DNA of 64,000 bases. Origin: a virus (taxonomy: Duplodnaviria > Caudoviricetes). The stretch lies in IMG/VR virus record IMGVR_UViG_3300010052_000153, positions 1-64,000 of that record, one strand, 5' to 3'. Each line of letters begins with the position of its first letter. Position 1 is the stretch's first letter. A program made the translations under genes and the position numbers. Positions 8,588 to 17,800 of the stretch are shown piece after piece. The notes under the pieces were generated by a model that was not told the origin of the DNA, searched no databases, and saw only the letters and a program-made list of their open reading frames with translations.

Positions 8588-9057
8588 CAGAAATCGCTCA
8601 TTCGAATGACCGCTGTGGTGGCGACGATGCGGGCGTTGACCATCATCCAGAGCGCCAAGGACAAACCGACCAGCGACGAGCCGTATGCCGTTCCGACACC
8701 GGATAGCAGCTTACCGCCTGCCTCGCGGGCACCTTCAGGAGTGGCCATCGCCTCGACGCTGACTGAACCGAAGGCCGTGAGAATGCCCCACGCAGTTCCG
8801 ACCACGCCAAGCACAAAGAGGGCTTTGACGACGACGTCCAAGTGCTCGGATTTAGCTATTGCAACCTCAACCTCGATGTCATCGTAGGCCCGTTGGATGC
8901 GCGACATCGCGACAAAAGATGCCGCCAGACCGTAGGCGAAGACGGTGGCGATGATTAGCACCACTCCGTGCCCTATGAACTGATCGAGATATCCCAGCCA
9001 AAATGCCCATGCCGCTGCACATAAACCAGCGACATTTGCGACGAAAAGTCGGATCAT
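8587..9057 (-). CDS. MotA/TolQ/ExbB proton-channel family protein
   Basis: LGVVGTAWGILTAF and GVGTAYGSSLVGL helices; start ATG 9057 (ATGA overlap). Confidence 0.75.
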   Translation of the reverse strand: MIRLFVANVAGLCAAAWAFWLGYLDQFIGHGVVLIIATVFAYGLAASFVAMSRIQRAYDDIEVEVAIAKSEHLDVVVKALFVLGVVGTAWGILTAFGSVSVEAMATPEGAREAGGKLLSGVGTAYGSSLVGLSLALWMMVNARIVATTAVIRMSDF

Positions 9058-9278
9058 TTGGACGCCTTGTCGATTGAACGATATTGCGGGTCGGTGGGCA
9101 CCCATTCGAAGAAGATTCCTTCGTGGACACTTCTTGCGCTGCGCTCGACAAATTCGAGCCACCGCACCTCGTTTGGACCTACCCGGACGGGGTACCATGC
9201 GAACCATCGTCGCCACTCAGCGAAATAGTTCCTCGCATCGTTTCGACGAAGGCTCGTCGACCGCCGGCGAAATTTCAT
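9054..9278 (-). CDS. Hypothetical protein (WRRWFAWYPV motif)
   Basis: ATGA-coupled on both sides. Confidence 0.65.
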   Translation of the reverse strand: MKFRRRSTSLRRNDARNYFAEWRRWFAWYPVRVGPNEVRWLEFVERSARSVHEGIFFEWVPTDPQYRSIDKASK

Positions 9279-9922
9279 TGTGCCCGCCCCAGCAACTGGC
9301 AAATGACGCTTGACGGAACCGCGAAGCCCATACCCCCCTCTCCGCCGCCGAAAACCATTGCGCCAGCCGTGATGCCGATAACGTCGCCAGCCTCATCGTA
9401 AACGGGTCCACCAGACATGCCCTGAATTGTGGTCATGTCTGTCACGAAAGCGGACTTCCACTTCTCAAGTCGCCGTTCGCCTCCCGAGACAAAGCCGTGC
9501 ATAGTGATGAAATCGAAGCCGATCGGGTTTCCGGAAGCGGTGATGGCCTCTCCCACGACGACATCGCGACATTGCAGGTTTGCCGACCGAAAGCGCTTGC
9601 TGTTGTGGGGACGGATCACCGCAACATCGTATTCGGCATTCGACCAGAGAACGTCGCCGTTCTGCACGTCGCCTGCATCACTCTTGATCTTGACAGTCTT
9701 AGTCTGCGGCTGCACCACGTGAGCGGCAGTGATGATCACATCGTTCCCGATGTAGACCCCACTACCAACGCCACCCGATGTCTCGATGCGCACACTCGGC
9801 GCGGCCTGGGGCGATCTGTTCGCAGATGCATCAACGCCATTGGCGCAAGCACCAAGAAGTGCGCCCGCGATAGCCAAGATGGCGCCCGCTGCGACATTCG
9901 CAGCCAGGTTCGTGTTTATCAA
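9275..9922 (-). CDS. Trypsin-like serine protease, predicted lipoprotein
   Basis: Lipobox LLGAC; catalytic TAAHVV, DVAV and GMSGGP. Confidence 0.85.
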   Translation of the reverse strand: MINTNLAANVAAGAILAIAGALLGACANGVDASANRSPQAAPSVRIETSGGVGSGVYIGNDVIITAAHVVQPQTKTVKIKSDAGDVQNGDVLWSNAEYDVAVIRPHNSKRFRSANLQCRDVVVGEAITASGNPIGFDFITMHGFVSGGERRLEKWKSAFVTDMTTIQGMSGGPVYDEAGDVIGITAGAMVFGGGEGGMGFAVPSSVICQLLGRAQ

Positions 9923-10051
9923 GACTCACCCTTCAACGAGGTCGATAGGCAGGGTTGGGCGCCCAAGGCGCGATATCAAGGGCGAAAAGATCAACGCCCA
10001 ATTCTGATTGGGTAAGTTTTGATTTCGGATTGCAAGGACAATCGAACCAAC

Positions 10052-10084
10052 AAAAAAAGCCCGCCAACCTTTCGGCTGGCGGGC
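10052..10084 (-). terminator. Rho-independent terminator after lysis cassette
   Basis: GC stem gcccgcca/tggcgggc followed by a T7 run on the minus strand. Confidence 0.8.
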
Positions 10085-10094
10085 GATGCCGCCA

Positions 10095-10421
10095 CTATGT
10101 GCGGCGGGACGGCGACTTCTGCTCGAAAACGCGATCAAGTCGTTCGTTGGTTCGATCAATCTTATCACCGACCGAATCGATGGCCTTCATGATGGCGGAA
10201 GTCTGCTCCTGCATTCCCGCCTTCGTGACATATGTCTCAGCGACATGCAGTTTATGTGCGGCAAGGTCGTGCTGTGCGCGTTCGCCCTTGTCACCGGCTT
10301 CATCAATCAACCCCCACATCCGCCAAAACGCACCCGCCAAGCCACCAATGACAGCCAGACCGAAAAGGATCACGCTCATTAATTCGGCGCCGGTCATGCC
10401 GACGACTTCACTACCATTCAC
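10095..10421 (-). CDS. Lysis-cassette-associated protein (one TM plus coiled coil)
   Basis: N-terminal hydrophobic helix, C-terminal heptads, last gene before terminator. Confidence 0.65.
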   Translation of the reverse strand: MNGSEVVGMTGAELMSVILFGLAVIGGLAGAFWRMWGLIDEAGDKGERAQHDLAAHKLHVAETYVTKAGMQEQTSAIMKAIDSVGDKIDRTNERLDRVFEQKSPSRRT

Positions 10422-10720
10422 TTATCATTTCCTAGGAGTTCTCGGAGTTTATCGTAAAAGCGCGCACACACCTGGACCTGCCTGTTCAGGCGATCCAATG
10501 CGGCCCGTTCGCGCTTGAGAATTGAGCGAATGTCTTCGCCCCTATTGAGCGCCGCATGTATTTCAGTCCTGCGACACACTTCCGGCCAAGCCGGCAAAGT
10601 AACGCCGGCCTCGGTGCGCCCCTTTCGGAACGCCGCCTCTTGGCTAGCGGTTACGCAACCACTCGACATCGCTGTCGCTAAGAGTACAGCGACGACCGGC
10701 ATCAGCCAGCTTCTTTTCAT
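10418..10720 (-). CDS. Outer-membrane spanin (Rz1-like lipoprotein)
   Basis: Signal peptide with lipobox SSGC; overlaps the i-spanin 3' end in another frame; start uncertain (10720 or 10702). Confidence 0.7.
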   Translation of the reverse strand: MKRSWLMPVVAVLLATAMSSGCVTASQEAAFRKGRTEAGVTLPAWPEVCRRTEIHAALNRGEDIRSILKRERAALDRLNRQVQVCARFYDKLRELLGNDK

Positions 10721-11072
10721 ATTCGGCGATTTCCTTTTCAAGGACCGCTTGTTCGGCACCTTGGACGCGGGCAGCGTTGTCTAGATCGCGCTGAAGTTCG
10801 GCCACCGCGCTTTCAGCGGCTCGACGCTGCCGCTCTTTCTCCGCCATCTGCGCAACCAACGAGTCGCGTTCAGCGGCGAGGACGTAACCCTTGACGGCAT
10901 CACTGGCGACGCGATCGACCCGTCCGTCGACCAAGCCGGAAATAGCTTCGCCCACCACGGGTAGATTTCTCAGTGGACCGATCGGCGCGCCTTCATAGAA
11001 GACCAACATGCCGCCAGCCACAAGCACCCAAGTCGGGAGTGCAGCCAATAGGTATCGAAGGAAGAGGCTCAT
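10644..11072 (-). CDS. Inner-membrane spanin (Rz-like)
   Basis: N-terminal TM followed by coiled coil, directly after endolysin. Confidence 0.7.
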   Translation of the reverse strand: MSLFLRYLLAALPTWVLVAGGMLVFYEGAPIGPLRNLPVVGEAISGLVDGRVDRVASDAVKGYVLAAERDSLVAQMAEKERQRRAAESAVAELQRDLDNAARVQGAEQAVLEKEIAEYEKKLADAGRRCTLSDSDVEWLRNR

Positions 11073-11086
11073 GGAGAAGCCCCTCC

Positions 11087-11557
11087 CTAGATCCCGGCTA
11101 GGCAGAGCTTCTGCTCTTCCGCGCGTCGCCTAACGAGGCCCTTCACTACTTTTCCACCGGCCTTGTTAAACAGCGGAATGCTGTTGCAGGCCCGCTTCAG
11201 ATCGCCGGCATTAGCGAACCGCGCCACGCTGGATTTGCAGAATGCGCCGTTGCCGATGTTGTAAGCAAGAGACAGAAAGGCGACATAGGGCTTGTCCGGA
11301 ACCTTGTCGGGAGCGCGGAGACATTTTCGCATTCCCGTTTCAAATTCGACCAGCGCATCGCCAAGCATTTCTTTGCACTCTTCGACCGAGTAGCTGTCAC
11401 CCATTTTCACGCCGCGGGTTTCGCCGAAGCACACAGTCGGAATTCCGACAATGTCGCGATATGCCATCGTGCGCAGGCCTTCAAAGCTACCAACAATGCC
11501 AACAGCAAGGGAGCCGGCCACGGTTAAGCCGAGGCCAGCCTTTCGTAATCTACTCAT
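11087..11557 (-). CDS. GH24 lysozyme, SAR-type endolysin
   Basis: E-x8-D-x5-T triad (FEG..RD..PT) directly after a Gly/Ala-rich N-terminal helix. Confidence 0.9.
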   Translation of the reverse strand: MSRLRKAGLGLTVAGSLAVGIVGSFEGLRTMAYRDIVGIPTVCFGETRGVKMGDSYSVEECKEMLGDALVEFETGMRKCLRAPDKVPDKPYVAFLSLAYNIGNGAFCKSSVARFANAGDLKRACNSIPLFNKAGGKVVKGLVRRRAEEQKLCLAGI

Positions 11558-11765
11558 CGGGAAGATCCTTCTGCGCGACGATCCGCGCCACGAAGGCGGC
11601 CATCGTCACGACCATAGAAAGCGCCGCGAAGGCGCCAGACGGTATGGGCAGTTCGCCTAGGAACGGCAGAACCACTTCAAGGCCAGACAGCAATCCGGCA
11701 AGCAATATCAGGCGGATGCTCCACGCCTTGCGGAGCACCTCACGCCAGTTGGGTAGCAGGCGCAT
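11550..11765 (-). CDS. Holin
   Basis: 71 aa, two TMs, NWREVLRKAWSIR N-terminus, adjacent to endolysin. Confidence 0.75.
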   Translation of the reverse strand: MRLLPNWREVLRKAWSIRLILLAGLLSGLEVVLPFLGELPIPSGAFAALSMVVTMAAFVARIVAQKDLPDE

Positions 11766-11799
11766 CGTGTGGGAGGGAAATCCAGATGACGGACGTCGC

Positions 11800-13209
11800 C
11801 TAGAGAAGCGGGCGAACGTCGAGACGATTGAAGTTGGTGGACCTCGAGACAGCCCCTGGCCCGAACCGAACCAGCAGGTCGTCATCCGAGGTGGCTACGA
11901 ATTCGAAGGTCAGCACGTAGCCTTCGAGGACGCCGTTGACGCGTTCTTCGAACATCCTCTCGTTGGAGAAGGTGCCTTCGCTGTAGCCGCTCGAGAGCGC
12001 GCCTCCGAAATAGTAGAGCAGCGTGGTTTGTGGCGTCGTCGCTCCGTCCCAGGTCTGCACCCGGACGTAGGAGTCTTGGTTTGGGGCCACCGGCGTGAAC
12101 CGCACACGGATCTGGACCGCTTGGCCGCTTACCGCGCCCGCGGACAGGAACGTCTCCAGACCGCCGTAGTTGAGCGCGCCGCCGTTCGTTACGAGCGCGC
12201 CGGTGGACGACGCCCCGTCTTTGTTCGACCAGCTACCCGCGCCACGATTGCCCGGTGTTCCCACGACGATACTGTCGCCCAGCGTCGGCGCGCCAAAGGC
12301 TTCGAGGAAAGCTTTCTCGGCGAGCGGATAACGGCCGAAACTCAAGCGCGTCACGAAACCGGCGGCTTGGTCATTGTTGAAGTAGGAGTGCCAGTCCACG
12401 CGGTTAGCTTCGATGAACGCCGCCATCAACGCGATAAAAGCCGCGCCCTCCCCGTTCTGATCCGTTCCCCATTCGGGGATCGTGAACAGCTTTCCACGAG
12501 CAGCCGCGAAGGCAGCGGCCCAATTGATCCCCTTCTCCTTCGTGGTGGCGTACGCCCAAAAATCGGCGGCGCTCATCTCGATGGATGACAGGAAGTAGAC
12601 GTCGCAGCCGATCGTGTCGACGAAAGCGTTACCAGGGTAGCAAGGCTCCGGGTCGTCGCCGTACCAGTTCACATTCCAATCGAACGTGAACCGCGGTGAG
12701 AGCCCTTTTGCCATTGCGTGCAGCCTACGCCAGGCGGCGACATAGTCCGATGCGAACTCGCCCTCGCTGCCGATCGACCACGGCCAACCCGTATTGTTTG
12801 GCTCGTAGCCGGGCCGAAGGGCGATCTCGCCGCCCCATGTGGCGTCGGCGAGGATGGCCTCGAGGATGTATGCCAGGTCTGCGTCATGCGCGCCGCCGGC
12901 AACATCTGCGAGCGGCGTGCCGTAGACCGTCAGCGGTATTGACCAGACTTTGCGCTTGTCGGTCTCGGCGTAGACCGTGATCCAGTCGTCGACCGACTGG
13001 CGTGCCGAGGCCCAACTGCCTTCATTGACGAAGGCCATCAAGAAGTCGGTCGGCACGCCCAGCCAGTCGTCCATCTGAGAGACGAGGTCCACGCCGGCCG
13101 ACGAGAACACCGTCGCGCCTTGCAACCGCCGTGGCGCCGGCAGCGGCCGTGCGCGAGCGCCTCCATCGCCGGGATCGAATGCCCAGCCGTGTGAGAAGAG
13201 CGAGCGCAT
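11800..13209 (-). CDS. Glycoside hydrolase family 26-like protein with C-terminal beta-rich domain
   Basis: RPGYEPN (acid/base), FDWN, YPG...VD.IGCDVY and IPEWG (nucleophile). Confidence 0.75.
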   Translation of the reverse strand: MRSLFSHGWAFDPGDGGARARPLPAPRRLQGATVFSSAGVDLVSQMDDWLGVPTDFLMAFVNEGSWASARQSVDDWITVYAETDKRKVWSIPLTVYGTPLADVAGGAHDADLAYILEAILADATWGGEIALRPGYEPNNTGWPWSIGSEGEFASDYVAAWRRLHAMAKGLSPRFTFDWNVNWYGDDPEPCYPGNAFVDTIGCDVYFLSSIEMSAADFWAYATTKEKGINWAAAFAAARGKLFTIPEWGTDQNGEGAAFIALMAAFIEANRVDWHSYFNNDQAAGFVTRLSFGRYPLAEKAFLEAFGAPTLGDSIVVGTPGNRGAGSWSNKDGASSTGALVTNGGALNYGGLETFLSAGAVSGQAVQIRVRFTPVAPNQDSYVRVQTWDGATTPQTTLLYYFGGALSSGYSEGTFSNERMFEERVNGVLEGYVLTFEFVATSDDDLLVRFGPGAVSRSTNFNRLDVRPLL

Positions 13210-13481
13210 CAGTAGGCTGTGACCACGAGCACGACGGGAGAAAGTTGGCCCGCGACCAGCCGCGCATAGACGTTGCCCTCGGCGCCGTAGAACGGCATCG
13301 CCGGTGAGCGGTGGTTCAGGCTGTGGCCCGCGGCGAGAGAAGCAAGGTCGCCACCGGCGTCGGCCACTGCGAGTTCAACGGCGTAGCCGCTGCGCATCGA
13401 AACAAGAACTGTGGCCTGGCCGGAACTGATCGCGGTCCATGATGCCGTCGAAATGTCGACGGTATTTGTCTTAGAAGCCAT
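13209..13481 (-). CDS. Hypothetical beta-rich protein
   Basis: 90 aa, TGATG-coupled to GH26 gene. Confidence 0.6.
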   Translation of the reverse strand: MASKTNTVDISTASWTAISSGQATVLVSMRSGYAVELAVADAGGDLASLAAGHSLNHRSPAMPFYGAEGNVYARLVAGQLSPVVLVVTAY

Positions 13482-13507
13482 TTTTGGCGGAACCCTGAAA
13501 AAGAAAC

Positions 13508-14665
13508 CTAGTTCGTGTCAGTGAGGCCGTTGCGCTGGAAATCACCCCACGCGCTGGGCGGCGTGCCCGCACCATCAGGCCGCGGAGTTGGTGTTGGGGT
13601 GCCATTCTCATCGACGGTTACAGGCGTGTCGCCGTTCACCTCAGAACCACCTTGCCCGCTGGCGGAACGACCATCGTAAGCTTTGGCGCTGATCGCGGTT
13701 TTCAACCCCGACTTGTCGAAGGTGTGTGTAACCGTATCGATAATGAAAGGTCGTCCGTCTAAGCCGGGCCGTACGCCGCGAAACATCAGGGGCGCTCCAG
13801 CCACGATGGTAGGATCACCGACCACCGTCACGCGAGCAGTCCCCTCGCCGCGCCTGAGCGCTTTCGCGCGGGAATTGGCTGCCTTGTCGGCTTCCTCAAG
13901 ACTGGCGAAGGGTTCAGTGATTCGATAGATCGCCTCGGCGTCGGCTTCATCAGTCGAGGCAGATACTTCGACCCGCTTCACCTCATTCTTGTCTTGCCAA
14001 TAGCTAACGACCTTCGAGTATTTTGTGCGATCGTTTGCCTCGAATTCGCATGAACCTAGGACAATGATGTCCGGCGTCACAACCACGTTGCCGAGGGGGG
14101 AGCCTGCGGAAGCCAAACCGCTACCGCGACGCACAAAAACCAACTGGCCAGACTTCACCGCGAATAGTGCGTTATGTCGTTCCTCTAGTCGGCGCAGAAG
14201 GCTGACATTGCTCTCGTCCTGCTGCCCTATCCATGGGTAGACATAGTTAGCGATTGCAGGATCCACTCTGGCGGACAGACCCATCTCACCAGCAATGGTG
14301 GAGACGATCTCCCCGAGCCTTTTGTTGTCCCAATGACGCTCTTTACGGCGCTTGTGATCGCCCTTCCCGAGGTCGGCGGACTTACCAGAGATGGAAAGGC
14401 TATAGGGGAGGCATTTTGGTGTGACTTTGTCGATCTTGAAACGTCCAAGGGAACGTATTCCGGTCTCGCGGTAGCCCACTCGAATGTTAACAATGGCGCC
14501 GGTAGGAGGAAGGCTTAAGAAGTTGGGCGGCCCGTCATTCAGATCGATGCTGAAGGTATCAGAAATTACACCTTCCTTATCCGTCACGGTGCAAGAAATC
14601 AGGCGATCGTAGAAGCCACCGGCGACGGCGTTGCCGTCGACAGTCACCTCAATCTGAGGATGCAT
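13508..14665 (-). CDS. P2 gpD-like late control/baseplate hub protein
   Basis: TDKEGVISDTFSI.L.D and Q.DESN.SLLRRL motifs; position after gpX. Confidence 0.85.
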   Translation of the reverse strand: MHPQIEVTVDGNAVAGGFYDRLISCTVTDKEGVISDTFSIDLNDGPPNFLSLPPTGAIVNIRVGYRETGIRSLGRFKIDKVTPKCLPYSLSISGKSADLGKGDHKRRKERHWDNKRLGEIVSTIAGEMGLSARVDPAIANYVYPWIGQQDESNVSLLRRLEERHNALFAVKSGQLVFVRRGSGLASAGSPLGNVVVTPDIIVLGSCEFEANDRTKYSKVVSYWQDKNEVKRVEVSASTDEADAEAIYRITEPFASLEEADKAANSRAKALRRGEGTARVTVVGDPTIVAGAPLMFRGVRPGLDGRPFIIDTVTHTFDKSGLKTAISAKAYDGRSASGQGGSEVNGDTPVTVDENGTPTPTPRPDGAGTPPSAWGDFQRNGLTDTN

Positions 14666-14668
14666 AGG

Positions 14669-14881
14669 CTAGTCCCAAAGATTGACTAGGGCTGGAAGCT
14701 GCGGCTTGGAATTGATGTCGGGCAAGTGAACGAGTGTGCCGATTGGTGGCAACGGCCCCAGCTCCGACAGGCCAGGATTGGCGACAAGCACCAGTTCCGT
14801 GACATCCCGCGTCCGTCCGTAGTGTCGATAGCAAACAAGATCAATCATCTCGCCTTGCTTGATGGCGTGGGTTTTGGGCAT
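14669..14881 (-). CDS. P2 gpX-like tail protein (LysM-like)
   Basis: GEMIDLVCYRHYG...ANPGL...P.GT.V.LP. Confidence 0.85.
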   Translation of the reverse strand: MPKTHAIKQGEMIDLVCYRHYGRTRDVTELVLVANPGLSELGPLPPIGTLVHLPDINSKPQLPALVNLWD

Positions 14882-14885
14882 AGGG

Positions 14886-15329
14886 CTACCAGAGAATATC
14901 AATGACCTGGCGGATGAAGCCGCCGCTTCCGGCTGACTGATATCGCTTCAGCGCAATCTGGTAGGCGTTGCGATGTGCCCGCCCAAGCCGATCGATGAAA
15001 CCTTTGTCTTCCGTCACACTCTGGACGGTAAACTGGCCGCCAACGAAACCAGCCGCGGCATCGCCTGAGACAAGAAATAGCGGTGTCCCGGCTTTCGCGG
15101 CAGATTTGATGCCGGCAAGGCTGGCCCCACCACCAAATTCTTCGGGGAACAGCACGCCCTTTATGGCGATCTCTTCCGACGTCGGCCCCGTCCACTGCTG
15201 CTGGTTAAGCGTTTGCGCGACCGCAATGTCTGCCCACGGAGTTTGCAAGTTGCTGCTGATATCTTGTAATCCGAACCCCAATGCTTCAAAAGCGAAGGGG
15301 CCGAGCGCCATTGGCGTCGGACCTGACAT
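14886..15329 (-). CDS. P2 gpU-like tail protein
   Basis: MALGPFAF..Q.TGP..E.I.I.GVLFP pattern. Confidence 0.85.
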   Translation of the reverse strand: MSGPTPMALGPFAFEALGFGLQDISSNLQTPWADIAVAQTLNQQQWTGPTSEEIAIKGVLFPEEFGGGASLAGIKSAAKAGTPLFLVSGDAAAGFVGGQFTVQSVTEDKGFIDRLGRAHRNAYQIALKRYQSAGSGGFIRQVIDILW

Positions 15330-15351
15330 ACTGCCTCGCGGAGGTTGGAGA

Positions 15352-15633
15352 ATGGAGATTCTGCTAATCGTGCTTGTCGCCGCCGCTTTCGCGACGGGCT
15401 ATCTGGCTGCGACCGCACTCGCGAAGTGGAAGGGCATGGGCACGGGCCATACGATTGGCCTTGCTGGGGGTGCGCTAGCCGTCCCGCCGCTTCTAATGAA
15501 GCGGCGGTCAGAGGGATTTCAATCGCCAGCCGGTTCCGGCGCGCAGGCGGCTGTAGCCACCTGCGCTTGGGCCCTGAACGTCGCTGCCATTGCATGGATC
15601 GCTTGGACGATTTACGCCCAGCCGTCGCTATAG
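15352..15633 (+). CDS. Antisense small membrane protein (moron-like)
   Basis: GGAG RBS then MEILLIVLV...; three hydrophobic segments; opposite strand inside tail operon. Confidence 0.6.
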   Translation: MEILLIVLVAAAFATGYLAATALAKWKGMGTGHTIGLAGGALAVPPLLMKRRSEGFQSPAGSGAQAAVATCAWALNVAAIAWIAWTIYAQPSL

Positions 15634-17795
15634 CTTGCGTCCAATGCGGCCTTTACATCAGCCCCGACTGCATCGCCGACCGCCGCACCAATCGCAGACG
15701 GTGACGCGTTCGACGTGACGTTGACGGTCACATTCGTATGAATCTGTGGTGCCGGCGGCGGGTTGGTCATACGGACATCGGCCACGCCCGTTTGCTGCGT
15801 GCGAAGCGTCATAGACCGAAGTTCAGCGCCAAGGTCTTTGGTCGTGCCCGGCATTGGCCCAGATGGCATTGGCCGAACGTCACTCACGCCGCCGCGAGTC
15901 CTAGGGGGTTCGTAACCTGGTGCCCGCCATTCGCCCGTGGGAACCGTGTAGGGGCCGGTGATGCGATCAACGAGTTTCTGTAACGCTTCGCGGGACTGGC
16001 GATTGTTCTCCACCTGATCCGCGAAAGTATCGCCAGGCGTGTCGCCCAACGACTGTACGAGCGCACCGAAGGCAGCGAGAACGCTCGTTAACCCGAGGGT
16101 CTTCAGCCAACCGCCCTTCCCCGCCGCGATTGGCGGGGTGGGTGTGTTCGCGCCGCCGGGGTGCTTGCTTTTTGGATTGGCCGCATCGGCTACCTCCTCA
16201 GCGCCACCAGCAAGACCCGCCGCATTGGCGACCCACTTGCCACCCTTGCCCAGCGCCTTCAGGATGCCCACTGCGGCCTTCGCGCCGCTTAGCAGGTACA
16301 ACGCCGCGGCAAGCTTGCGAACGGCCCCTGCGAACAAGCCAAGGCCGATAGCGGCCATTGCAAGCTTGAAGCCTTCCGCGCCCATGGACGCCGCGAAGCC
16401 AGTCAGCGGGTTATCGCGAACAGCGTCACTGATTTCCCGCACCGCAGCGCCAAACTCGCGGAACCGGGCGGCAATTGCGCCAAGTTCCTCACCAGCCGCG
16501 ACGCCGTTCTTGCCGGCGATGCCGAAGATCGTGTCGCCAAGCGCCTTTAGGCCACCTGCGCTGCCCTCAAAACCAAGGCCACCCATGAAGCCGCCGAACG
16601 CGGACTGCACGCGGTCAAAAACCGTCACGCGCTTGTCGATCGTGTCGAAGATGTCGCTGAAGTAGTCAGCGACGCCCGCGATCGGCTCAAGCAAATTGGC
16701 ACCGATTACCGTGCCGGCGTTCTGAACCCGAAGTTTCAGCGCCTTCAGGCGCTCGTCTGCATCCTGCATTCGGCGCGCGAAGGCTTCGGCAACCGTGCCG
16801 CTGGCGCGCTCGGCTTCGTCGCGTATTCGCAGGTAGTCCTTGAAGTCCGACAACATCGGTCGGACGAAGTCGAGCACCTGCTTGTCGCCAAACAACTGCC
16901 CGAGAAGGTCGGCCTGGCCACCCTTGGTCTTCTCGTCGACCAGCTTAATAAAGTGCTCCAGCGGGCTAATGCCCTGCTTGTGCGCCTTCTTCAGTTCTTT
17001 CGTGACATCGACGCCGAATTTCTTGAAGCGCTTCGAGACTTCCGGCGACATGATCTTGCCGAGGAAGTTCGCCATGTTGTTGGCGGCTGTGCTTGCGTCC
17101 CCTGCGCCACGACGGGCGATCTGCAGGGCGGCGGCCATATCAGTCACGCCCTTGACGCCCTGAATGCCCAACGTCTTCGCGCTCGCCGTAAGCTGCGGAA
17201 AGTACGTAGCCATGTCGCGCATTTCGAACGCGCCGGCATTACCGGCACTCGTCATGCTGTCGAGCATCTGCGCCACCTCGCTAGAGGCGACGCCCATGTT
17301 TTGCATGGTGGCGACCGTGGCCGCCGAAAGGTCGGTGATGGAAGACTTCGTCGCAGTCGCGGCCTGACCAATTGCCGGCATTGCGTTGGCGGCGTCCTTG
17401 ACCGCCAGGCCCATCGTCACCATCGTATCGATGCCACCCAGGAGTTCGGTGGTCGTTTGATTGGTGGCCGGGGCCAGCTTAAGCATGCGCTGCCGGAGGC
17501 TATCCAATTGTGCGGCGCTTTGGTCGGACTTGATCCCGATTTCGGTAAGCTGCGCCTGCATGTTGCGGGCAGCGCCGACAGTTCCCTGAATGCCTTCGGT
17601 GACGCCTAGATAGGCGCCGCCGTAGACCATCAGTTGCCCGGCAAAGCCACGCATGCCGCCAAGCATGGCCATGTTGCCGCGATTGGTGCGATCGATCTGG
17701 CCATTCAGCCGGCGCAACGCGCCGCCGATGCCTGCCGCTGGACCGGTGACGCGGTCGATCAGCGACAGGATGAGTTTTGAGCTAAGGATACCCAT
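15612..17795 (-). CDS. Tail tape measure protein (TP901-type core)
   Basis: 727 aa, Ala-rich; GNAGAFEMRDMA and GDASTAANN core motifs. Confidence 0.9.
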   Translation of the reverse strand: MGILSSKLILSLIDRVTGPAAGIGGALRRLNGQIDRTNRGNMAMLGGMRGFAGQLMVYGGAYLGVTEGIQGTVGAARNMQAQLTEIGIKSDQSAAQLDSLRQRMLKLAPATNQTTTELLGGIDTMVTMGLAVKDAANAMPAIGQAATATKSSITDLSAATVATMQNMGVASSEVAQMLDSMTSAGNAGAFEMRDMATYFPQLTASAKTLGIQGVKGVTDMAAALQIARRGAGDASTAANNMANFLGKIMSPEVSKRFKKFGVDVTKELKKAHKQGISPLEHFIKLVDEKTKGGQADLLGQLFGDKQVLDFVRPMLSDFKDYLRIRDEAERASGTVAEAFARRMQDADERLKALKLRVQNAGTVIGANLLEPIAGVADYFSDIFDTIDKRVTVFDRVQSAFGGFMGGLGFEGSAGGLKALGDTIFGIAGKNGVAAGEELGAIAARFREFGAAVREISDAVRDNPLTGFAASMGAEGFKLAMAAIGLGLFAGAVRKLAAALYLLSGAKAAVGILKALGKGGKWVANAAGLAGGAEEVADAANPKSKHPGGANTPTPPIAAGKGGWLKTLGLTSVLAAFGALVQSLGDTPGDTFADQVENNRQSREALQKLVDRITGPYTVPTGEWRAPGYEPPRTRGGVSDVRPMPSGPMPGTTKDLGAELRSMTLRTQQTGVADVRMTNPPPAPQIHTNVTVNVTSNASPSAIGAAVGDAVGADVKAALDASYSDGWA

Positions 17796-17800
17796 GCACC

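Noticed and set aside
7548-9057. Zorya defence system
   Set aside because: The MotA-like protein lacks the long ZorA tail, the partner lacks an OmpA-like domain, and no ZorC/D/E genes are adjacent
11242-12588. 448-aa plus-strand ORF, and similar shadows at 5412-6026, 23531-24616 and 29240-30262
   Set aside because: Antisense shadows of well-supported minus-strand genes in GC-rich DNA; Arg/Pro-rich or motif-free translations
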